DNA of 64,000 nucleotides from Cycas panzhihuaensis (taxonomy: Eukaryota > Plantae > Cycadophyta), in contig CM041465.1 of the NCBI GenBank assembly GCA_023213395.1, positions 211,675,741 to 211,739,740 on the forward strand, written 5' to 3'. Shown in pieces: positions 53,499 through 64,000 of this stretch. The position numbers were made by a program, and so were the translations under genes. Every line of letters begins with the position of its first letter. Position 1 is the stretch's first letter. The notes below the pieces were generated by a model. The model saw nothing but the letters and a program-made list of their open reading frames with translations. It had not been told where the DNA came from and ran no database searches.

Positions 53499-53550
<52 letters not shown>

Positions 53551-53758
53551 ACAATACATGTAAAAAGGTTAAATAAGGATTTGAGGGTTGTGGTTTTACT
53601 TTGTAATTTTTTGACTATTTCTCTAATTAATAAAATGGCTTATACTTAGGCCTGAATCTATAGTTATCCTTATTAATATGTAAGGAATATCTGTATATTT
53701 AATTTTTACATTGTTTAAGTTTTGTTATTCCATTACTCCTGTATTTTATATTTCTTCA
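53259..53758 (+). repeat. 5' LTR of copia F, containing (TC)12(TA)11 at 53505-53550
   Basis: Homologous to 57762-58228; ends TTCA, 2 nt before the PBS. Confidence 0.88.
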
Positions 53759-56700
53759 TTTGATATCAAAGTTAGGATTTTAGTTCTCTGAGAAACCTTT
53801 TATTAAATGGAAGCTTTGTCTGGTGATCTTGTGAATGAAAATCGTGCCAAGTGTTGTAAGGATGGAGATTGTAAAATTTACTAGTTAGAACTTTGAGTTG
53901 TGGAAGTTAAAGAAGGATCAATGGATCATTGTGTCATGTATAAAAGCTATGATTATAACTTATGAAGACTAGCCAAAGCTTAATAAGAAGGCAATTAGTT
54001 TCTTAAGGTTATACCTTTTAGATATGGTGTTACTGAATATTTTCTCAAACCCTATGACCAAGGATCCATGGAATAAATTAGAGTCTTTGTATTAAACAAA
54101 GCCCCTAGTTAATAAGCTATTTCTTTAAAAAAAATTATATTCATTCAAGATAAATAATGGAGATATTTTTATGAATCCTCTCATTGTTTTTAACACCATG
54201 GTGAGCCAACTTATTTCAATTGCAGTAACGATATTTGAAAAAGATAAGTACATTACCCTATTATGTTCACTTCATGATTCTTGGGATAACCTTATAATAG
54301 CGATAAGCAGTATAGCTACTACCACCCTAAAGTTTGACAAAAATTACTATCACAAGAGACAAGTTGAAAATCTTTTGAAGATCATATAAAAGAGGCATTA
54401 GTAGTGAAAGGTCGTGTTAGATCACGATCAACAAAGACCTTAGAATAAATGACTGAAGTCCAAAGAAAAATCTGAATCTCTGAGGAGGAATTCGGTGATA
54501 TGTTGGAGATGTGAGAAGCTTGGACATTCAAAAGCCAATGTATAACTAATGTCGACAAGAGAAAGTCACATAAAGTTACTTATTCGACAAAAATAAAAAC
54601 TTTTGATGAAGACGATAGCAATGTTTACTTAACTACCTCAAGTAAGATGTCAAATATTGAGTCTTGATTAATTGACTATGGTACATTATGAGAGTGTTTT
54701 TTTAGTATGAAAGTTTTGATAAACATGAATTATTCCTAAAGGATTGTTATCCATATAAAATTGTGGGTTGTGGAAGAGTGAAAGTTTCATTTAAGGATGG
54801 AAGGGTAAAAACTATCTTTGATGCAAGTCATATCCTTAGTTTAACAATAAGCCTATTATTTGTTAGTTAGGTAAGTGATGCAAAAATTGAAATGATTTAA
54901 ATAATGACAGTTGCAAAATGGATCGAGAAGCGTTGGTGTTAGTAAGAGGGGTTCAATTTGGGATGCTTTATAAGCTTGATACAAGCACAATGCATGATAG
55001 TAATTGTAGTCTAGCTATTGTAGAATATAATAACAATATAGACAAAACCCAAATGTTTTTAATTGGTAAGACTATGTTGTGGCATTAAAGATTAGGCCAT
55101 ATTAGAAAAAAAGCCTTTATGATTTATTGTCCAAATTTATGGTTGAAGATATCCCTAGAATTAATAGCTCCTTTGATTTTGATTTTTGTAAACATTATAT
55201 TTATGACAAATAGAATTGTATAAGTTTTTCTTGTAACTAAAAGAGAGTGAAAGGGATTCTATAGTTGGTGCATACCAATGTTTTTAGACCCATTGATGCA
55301 CCCTCATAAGGTAAGTTTAAGTATTTTGTTTCATTCATAGTTCATTTTTTGAGAAATATTTGGTTATACTTTCTCAAACAAAAATATGAGGTTCTCAATA
55401 AATTCAAGACCTTGGTAAAAAACTAGACTGATAGGAGGATCAAGGTATCGAGATTTGATAATAGAGGTAAATTTTACTCAATTAAGTTTGAGCAGCTCTA
55501 TATATAGTGTGGAATAACAAATGAGAAGACAACTCCTTATATACCACAGTAGAACGAAGTTACTAAAAGGATGAATAGGACCTTGTTGGAGAGATTAAAA
55601 AGTATGCTTAATGTTACTAATTTTCTGGGTTAAAGATGTGATAACTATGAGTTATCTAATAAATAGATCACTAACAACTACTTTGATGCAAAAAACAGTT
55701 GAAAATGTGTGGTTTGGTAAAAAACTCTCTCCTCGTCACCTTAGAGTTTTTAGTTGTAAATCTTTTATGTATGTTCCTAATATGTAGAGGATGAAGCTTG
55801 ATTTTAAGGCACAATAGTCTATTATCATTTGCTATAGTGATGTTGTAAAGGGGTATAAGCTTTAAAACCCTAAATTATAGAAAGTTGTATAGAGTTGTGA
55901 TGTGGTCTTTAGAGAGAAGTTTAAGTCTTTAAAGAAGGAATAAGAACCAAAGGAGGAAGACTCTAAAAAGGTGTGATTCGAGACAAGAGATGAAGATTCT
56001 ATATCAAAATATAACTCAACTGAAGAGAATGAATGAACTAAGCAAATGGCCCAACTTTAAGAAACCCCTAGCTTAAGGAGATCAACTCATATGAGAAGAT
56101 AGCCTAATAAATATATTCCTAAAGACTTTTATCTCTCCTCATTTATTTTAGCTATTGTAGGTAATGATCCATAAATTATTCAAGAAGCTCTGGAATTAAA
56201 AGAAAACCAACTTTAGAAGAAGGCCATGGAAAATGAAATGATGACCTTAGACAAGAATAATACATGAGGTTTAGTGATGTCCAATGGTAGAAAACCTATT
56301 GATAACAAATGGATCTTCAAGAAGAAGTTCAAGGTAAATGGTACTATAGAAAAGTACAAGGCCTATTTAGTAGAAAAAGGTTATTCCCAAGTAAAGGGAA
56401 TAGATTTTGGCAAAGTATTTTTTCTTGTTATAAAGACATCTTTAGTTAGATTACTATTGGTTATAGCAATTACCTGTGGTCTTGAGGTGGATTAAATGGA
56501 TGTGAAGATATCTTTTCTTCATGATGACCTCAAGAAAGAAATTTATATATTATAGCCTGAAAGTTTTAAAGTTGCAGGTAAGGAAAATTTAGCGCATAGG
56601 TTGAACAAGTCTTTATATGACTTAAAACAATCATTGAGGATATGATACAATAAATTTGATTCACATATGTTAGGAGATAGCTTTATATATAATAAAGCTT

Positions 56701-57761
56701 ATTATTGAATCTATTACAAACAAGTTGGTGATTATTTTGTTATTTTAGCTTTATATATTGATGACATATTTTAAATAGGTAACTATAAAGGAATGATCTA
56801 ATTTGTGAAAGCCCAATTGGCATCTCATTTTGAGATGAAAGATCTTGATGCTACATATATTATTTTGAGCATTAAGGTTAAGAGGGATAGAAAAAATAGG
56901 AAGATTTGACTTAGCCAAAGGTGATACATTGAGATAATGCTGCAATGATTTAGAATACAAGACTACATGCTAGTCAATGTTCCTTTCCCTATTGGTTATA
57001 AATTATTAGTTCAACAATGCCCAAAAACTCACCAACATGTTGAGGACATGTCTTTTATCCCCTATGTAAGTGTAGTTAGAAGTCTGATATATGTGATGGT
57101 ATGTATTCAATCAAACATTGCCCATGCAATGGGAGTTATTAGCAGATACATGTCAAACATAAGTAATGAGTATTAGGTTGTTGTGAAAAGAATTTTGAAG
57201 TATTTACAAGGCACATCTAGTTGTGGAATTTACTACCAAGGAAATCCCATGGAGAGTAGAATAATGGATCTAAAAGGTTTTATTAATGTTGATTAATTAG
57301 AAAATCTTAATAGCAAATGATCTACAAGTGGGTATGTATTTATCCTCTTTGGTAGTGCAATCAGTTAGATGAGAAAGAGATAATAAGTTTTTGCACTTTC
57401 AAGAATAGAAGCAAAGTATATGATAGCTACTCATATATGCAAGTAATTTGTTTAGTTATAGAGATTGTATATATATATATTAATTTTAAATAGGAAGCTA
57501 TAAAGATAGATTATGACAATCAAAGTGTAATCTGTCTAATAAAAAAAACCTACTTTTCATGTTCAATCAAAGCATATGGATGTGCAGTTCTATTCTATGA
57601 GAGACATAGTTGAATGCCACAAGGTAGACTTATAGAAAGTTACTACATATGAGAATGCTGCAAACTCATTAACTAAGGTTACAACAATGGATGCTTTTTA
57701 TTTTTTCATTCAGTGGTTTATGTATGCAGGTTTCTTCCAAAGTATTTAATAAATAGGAGAT

Positions 57762-58228
57762 TATTGAATATGTTAAATATTTTATAAATGTTACATGGGT
57801 ATAGATGTTACACTCAAGCCTCTTTAGATGGCTTGGACATTTGGTAATGTCCCTTAGTTGGGGGGTTAGTGATCCTCCAAATGGGGGTTCAAGGATGGGA
57901 GCCCCAAAACATAAAATTGGGTGTCTTGTAGGGTCTTGTTCATCCCATGATTTTATGCCTGTTATATTACAACACCATTAATCAGTTTCTTGTATATTTA
58001 TATCTATACACACTTATGTAGTGACATATGTCAAAAGGTTCGATGAAGATTTGAGGATTAGGATCTAACTTTATAATTCTTTGGTCATTGCTCTGATTAC
58101 TAAAATAATATATGCTTAGACCTAAATCTCTAGTTGTCCTTATTGATATGCTTAGAATATTTGCATATTTTACTTTTACACTATTTAAGTTTTATTAGTA
58201 CATTATTCCTCTATTTTATTTCTATTCA
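57762..58228 (+). repeat. 3' LTR of copia F
   Basis: Follows the PPT; ends ATTCA before TSD copy AAGAT. Confidence 0.88.
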
Positions 58229-58329
58229 AAGATGACATAAGAATTTTATGACTATATACAATGTTATGTTGCTAGCTAAATATAGCCTTAAATCAACATA
58301 TAGTTTAGAGGCTAAGCATTTAAGGTGGG

Positions 58330-58680
58330 GTGCCATGTTATGGAATAAACATAGGGTTAATAGGACAAAATTATGGCTTAATTATGGGTTGATAAGTAAA
58401 ATAGGTATACTTAGGATTAGTTAAGGATAATGAAAGGTTATGCATATTTAATTAGTAGGTATATGCCTACTAATTAAATACAAATAACCTTTTATTAGGA
58501 TTAGTTAAGGATAATAAAAGGTCAAGTGTATTTAATTAGTATATATATGCCTACTAATTAAATACACATAACCTTTCATTATGCTTAACTAATCTTAAAT
58601 ATGGCTATTTTACCTTTTAACACTTAACTCATGATTTGGTCATATCAACCCTTAGTTTGGTTTGTAACTATAGCTTACCA
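58330..58680. repeat. foldback/MITE-like long inverted repeat with duplicated hairpin core
   Basis: Arm 58396-58457 is the near-perfect reverse complement of ~58552-58613; the central ~84 bp is duplicated (58412 and 58496); weaker symmetry extends outwards. Confidence 0.75.
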
Positions 58681-58919
58681 ACAAACACATAATTTGGGTT
58701 TCTACATGCTAATTATTTGTTTCATAACTTTGTTTATGTTAGTATGATATCCATGGAGTATGAAAGGTACCTTGTTTATGGCCATTGAATTACTACCTTT
58801 AGCATTCAAGTTGTTTAGGCCGTTTAAGCCTGTAAAAACTATAGTTTATTATGAAATCCTTAGAATTAAGGTGTATGTAATATAGGCATATTTTAGATAT
58901 AAGTATTAGAGTAATAATG

Positions 58920-61060
58920 TTGTATCCTTTATACCTATATTTTCTAATGTTAACTTGAGAGTTATGTGTCCAACCCTCTTTAATGTAATGTTGATGACAA
59001 CCTACATGCATAGGCTCTCATATATACACATGATATATTTATATGAGAGTATTTCTCTCTCATTAATAAATTCAAGTATTTTCTTCTAATTATTCTGACA
59101 TAGTATTAGAGCAGGTTAATTAAAATATGAGAGAAGCTAAATTGAAAGTATTGAAGAAGAATTTTTTGAAGAACTTAATCTGAGAGAGGTTAGATCAAAA
59201 AATGTTAGAGTTTTTTTAGTGTCTTGAAGTTTTTTAAAAGAGAAAAGACATTTTTTGAGTTTATTAATTATAGTCCAAAACCATACAGACATGAAAATTT
59301 TAAGTGCTTAGAATTTAACAAAATTTAATATGTAGATTCATCTCACAAAAGAGTAATATGTTCTAAAGGCATGACTTTAAATTATATCTCAATAAGTGGG
59401 AAAACTCAATTTTACAAGGGTGCAAGTTTGAAGTTTTGATCTCAAATTTCTCTTATTTTACTTTATTTTATTAGTTAAATCTATTCCAAAATTCTTGTTT
59501 GGATAATATATTTTATTTACCTATAAGTTTAGTAAACTTCAGTAAGTATTTATGAAGATCTAAGCATTTTTCTCTTCAAAACCTTATTCATCCAAATGAC
59601 TTTTGAGCCAATTTTTGAGCAAATTAAGAGGTGGATTCAAATTTTTTTTTTCAAATTTGGAAAGAGCATAACACAAGTTTTAATATGAATATGTTTTTTT
59701 ATTGATCCATATAAGTGTACCTTTTCTATGTAATTTCATATAATTATATAGTGATATTATCTACTACCAATTTTTTTTTTGTGTTTATCAATTCCTCTCA
59801 GTACATAATTAATTTTTTCAAAAATGGCCTCAGTGTTTTCCCTTAGAGACTTAGATAAACTCACTAGATAGAATTATAGTGCCTAGAAGTTTAAAATGTA
59901 GGGACTTTTAATGGTAAAAAATACATGGGATATTATCACTAGAAAAGAAGCCAAAACTACTTATATAAGAGATATAATTAGTTGGGAAGAAAGGGATAAG
60001 ATTACATATACTTCAATCATGCTGTCTATTAGAGATTCTTTGTTGAGTCATATTAGTATTGTTACTACTTCCTGAGAAGCCTTGAGAATTTATCCTCTCT
60101 CTACAACTAGAATAAAGAAGCCCAAATAATATCTTTAAGAGAATAATTATATAAAATCAATCTAAAAGAAGGAAAATTTGTCTCAAGTTTTATCACTAAG
60201 ATTGTTGAAATTAAAAATAATTTAGCTTTTATAGGAGAAATATTATCTAATTCTGAACTGTCTATCTCACAATTAATAAGCTATAGAAATCATTTAATGC
60301 TATTCTAAACACACTTACCATTAGAGGACATACAACTAATATGTCTTTTGAAATGTTGATAAGATATATATTGCACTAAGAGCAAAGAATAAAAAAATAT
60401 AAGGAATCAACTAAAATAGAAGAAGCCTTTCTTTCAAGGCTAAGTGCGGGAAGCAGAGGTCGCTCCAGAAGCACAGTAATATAGAGAAACAGACCTACCA
60501 AAGGATGAATAAGAACTATAGTAGAAAATCATAATAATTCTACATGGTCTCTAGAAGGATAGGGTAGAATTGCATGGATGCTATAAGGGAGAGGTAGGTC
60601 TTCCTCTTGAGAATGCAAAGTATACTTTCTTGTAAAAGGTATGGATACTTTGTTAGTGATTATAAAACTTATAGTTTGATAAACTATTATTATTGTGGGA
60701 GGTTAAGACATTTTTCCAATCATTGTCCTTAAAGACAAGTTAAAATTCAAAGAGGAAAGAGAATATAAGGGAATTATAGTGATAAACAATTTGAAGAAAA
60801 AGATGAAGAAGTTACTTTTATCATAGCTATGATCATACATACTTATAATGATGAAGATTGGCATATAAACTCTAGAGCGTCTAATTATATAATAAGGAGA
60901 AAAGATTGGTTTGGCATGTCGACACCATATTTTCTCAACAAAACTATTAAACTTGATAACAACTTTCTTATATAAATTAAAGGAAAAGGAACAAGTGCAA
61001 TCTTAATCAATGATAAAGTTTAAAAAATAGATAAAGTCCTCTATGCCCTAGGGTTAAAAA
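58920..61060 (+). mobile_element. degenerate copia G, 5' part (LTR end 59100, PBS, leader, gag, protease)
   Basis: TAGTATTAGAGC (decayed tRNA-iMet PBS) at 59101-59112 after ...GACA; gag (IMLSIRDSLLSHI; FITKIVEIKNNLAFIGE), knuckle YYCGRLRHFSNHCP, protease WHINSRASNYI. LTR start uncertain. Confidence 0.8.
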
Positions 61061-61099
61061 AAATCTCTTTTATGTACCTTATTAAAAAACACCAAATAA

Positions 61100-62830
61100 A
61101 CAACGAGATGCTAAGATTGTTTATGTACATAAAAGACTCGAATAGAACAAACATACAAATAATAAATTTGACGTGGAATACTCTTTTGCGAAAAACCTAC
61201 CATAGAATTATATTATTTCATTTTGATAAATCTGCTTATAATATTACAATGGACTTTGATCTTTATTTATAGATCATAAGTGCTCCAAATAATAATACAT
61301 TTAGATTACATCGGTCAACCTAATATACATCATAATATTACATCAATAATATTCATATAATATTATACTTTATTTATGTTAGTTGTTAAGTTATATAATA
61401 TCACTCTAACATCTCTCCTTAATGTAAATGTGGGGTCTTAAAGTCTTCCTAGGGATTGGTCTATCTCTTTTATCATTGTTGATAGTTTCCCTCTCAAAGA
61501 TAACCTTGCTAAATCCTAAATTTGCACGAGCCTTAATAAAGTAATGTTCAGCAAAAGCTTTAGTAATGCGTCCTCAAGTTGATCTTCACTTATACAAAAC
61601 TTAACCTGCATCTTCCTTGATCTGATCTACTCTTGGATGTCATGGTACTATACTTTATATGTATGTAATTCTTTAGAAATGTCTCTAATAGTCCCTACAA
61701 CTATACAACTCTTCTCTTGCACTAACACTCAATCCATGGTACTTAAACTTTTTCCTTGATTAAACTAAGAGGTTAAGCCACTTGAGCCATATAGATCTCC
61801 TCTTTAATTCTTTGTTAAGGAATGCTGACTTCTCGTTCATTTGATGTGACTCCTAATTATATGAAGCTACTAAAGTAAAGACCAATCAAACTAATAACAA
61901 CATAGAGACTATTGCAAATGTCTCCTCATAATTAATTCTTTTTGTCTATTTAAAATCTTGTGTAGCAAGCTTTGCCAACTTAAAAATTAACCAAGTTCTT
62001 TGAGGGAGGTAAGGAACCCAAATCCCATATATCACTCCTCCTCTGTTGTAACTTTTCATTGCAAATCTCCTCTCGCTAGAATCATTGGTGTCTATCACAA
62101 GTTTGATTGACATGCTGATCCTTATTCTTCAATCATCTTATAGGTCTTTAACCATCATATTAGAGTCCTCAATGGTCCTCCTAGTATAGAATGAAACACG
62201 AGGTTGTAATTTATACTTCTTCTTACAATGGCTCTTCATCATCACTCCTACTAGGTCTTTCTTTCATCTCAAATACAATGTTAGGTATACAAACCTCTAC
62301 ACCTATTGAACCATAACTTGGAAAGAGAAGGAATAAAGGATAAAACCTATATTCAAATGACACTTCAACTTGATATGTCATTAACTTATCAACTTAACAT
62401 CTAGACTAATCACAATACTTTTCTCTTATATATCATACAGTTTAGAAGCTTTGTTTTAAACCCCATACAAATTCATTCCAAACTCTTACAATCTTGCTAT
62501 TATAATCTTTGTCTAAAATGTGTGTAATTAGTGCACCAAAATAACTAATAGAAGGTTTTTAACTAGTCCAATATAATTTGGGGGTTGTACCATGAACAAC
62601 CTTAAAAATAGGCCCTATTAAACTATTGTTGCAATAGCTTCTGCCAAAAACATAGGAGGTAAATCCTTTCTATACACTAACATCTACATCATGGTACCAT
62701 TCTTCATTTGTAATACAATCTTATAGGGGTACACAGGATAACCAACTCTTGCTTTATACCATGATAAAGGTATAACTAAATTTAAAGTATTCTCATCATA
62801 CACCTTACCATTCACACTTTAATTTTATTA
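61100..62830 (-). mobile_element. degenerate copia H (integrase remnant, RNase H end, PPT, 3' LTR starting at 61411)
   Basis: Minus strand reads DLPPMFLAEAIAT (integrase) and YHDIQE...VKFCISEDQLED (RNase H); PPT TTAAGGAGAGA precedes TGTTAGAG. Most of RT missing. Confidence 0.75.
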
Positions 62831-63185
62831 TAAACACATAATTAAATCTACATCAAACTTATTCAGATATGCATACACATTAAACCAACATCTAATAGGT
62901 AATAAACCTCATGCTACTGTCCATTCAACCACCAAAGTATAATAGTCTACCACAAATAAATAACCACTTATATAAACAAGCTGCAAAATAACAATTCTAA
63001 ACTATTTTTACCTCACATATCTAATGTAAAAACACTCATATATATTGAATAAAATCACAACTTTATAATAAATAAATCACATATTTTAATAATAAATGTA
63101 ATGATAAAAATACTATTTACATGCCATGCAACTTAGTATCTCTAATAACACACATCTCTTCTGTCAATAAATGAATATACATTAA

Positions 63186-63345
63186 CATTGATAGCTTGCC
63201 CATTAATGATGCTCTCTTATCAATCAGTGAACACCACTACTATTGATAACTTGCCTAACAATCATGCCATCTTATCAATCAATGAAAAAACCACTGACAT
63301 TGATAACAATCACCCAATACACACTCTTATGTAATCACATGTAAA
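63186..63345. repeat. degenerate ~56-bp tandem repeat with internal ATTGATA/TATCAAT inverted motif
   Basis: ATTGATA(G/A)CTTGCC...CTTATCAATCA(G/A)TGAA..CCACT repeated about 2.5 times. Confidence 0.65.
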
Positions 63346-64000
63346 AATAGCATACTATCACTTCATATCGCTAATGATCTACTAAAAATACATCATTAGT
63401 AGAGTGTTAAAAAAAAATACTCACTTTGCCACATTACCTTATACACACCTCATATTGCCAATAACATGTCACATTGCCATCATATTAAAATATGAAGTTT
63501 TTATAATATATTTACACCACTTTAATAGTAGTAATACATATACCCCCATACATATCAACACACCTAATCAAAATGAACTTCTCCAATGTCTCTCGATATC
63601 AATATGAGAATATATTAATAGCAATCATAACAAAGATACTTAAATATATAGAAACAACTTTAGAAATGATATCAATGTCTATAAATATCAATTATTCACA
63701 TTAAACAAATGCAACTTTAATGGCCATGGAAATATGAAATATCATCACCCATATAAAATATCATTACCAAATGACCTGATATTTTAATACATAATGATCA
63801 AACATCAAAGGTAGCATAACTTAATATAACAAAATAATGGGTGATAAATCAATGTTAATCCACTTTGATATATATCACGATATGTGACTTTACTTAATGG
63901 AATCAAATAAAAAGCGATATATATTAAACAATGAACTTTATCAAAATATATTAGCACAATTTTGTAAATATCAATGCCAGTGGTAATTGAATAAATATTC

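Larger units (their letters stand above)
53259..58228 (+). mobile_element. full-length highly degenerate Ty1/copia element F (4970 bp; Tnt1/Tork-like)
   Basis: LTRs 53259-53758 and 57762-58228; decayed PBS TGATATCAAAGT at 53761-53772; PPT AAATAGGAGAT; TSD AAGAC/AAGAT. Gag (NFELWKLK, LLCSLHDSWDNL), RT (KWIFKKK...KGYSQVKGIDF; PYVSVVRSLIY) and RNase H remnants. Confidence 0.94.

Overview
AT-rich plant nuclear DNA, most likely a large-genome gymnosperm (inferred from TE families, decay pattern and gene style). The ORF track's GTG/TTG starts do not apply here. Most of the window is nested, decayed retroelements: at least seven Ty1/copia copies or remnants, a Ty3/gypsy chromovirus pol remnant, gag-only non-autonomous LTR elements, a GC-rich 2.66-kb solo LTR with a perfect TSD, the 5' half of an L1-type LINE, a foldback element and microsatellites. 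Two copia copies are full length with LTR pairs, PBS, PPT and TSD. One intact, intronless host gene (probable ATG 49454 to stop 51148, 564 aa) has an N-terminal transmembrane helix and four degenerate WD40-like repeat ends. From memory, it resembles the uncharacterised angiosperm At1g68440/At1g25400-type family but continues past where that family ends, making it the best novelty candidate. TE copies show a strong C>T/G>A bias, including non-CG contexts. All alignments and counts were done by eye.
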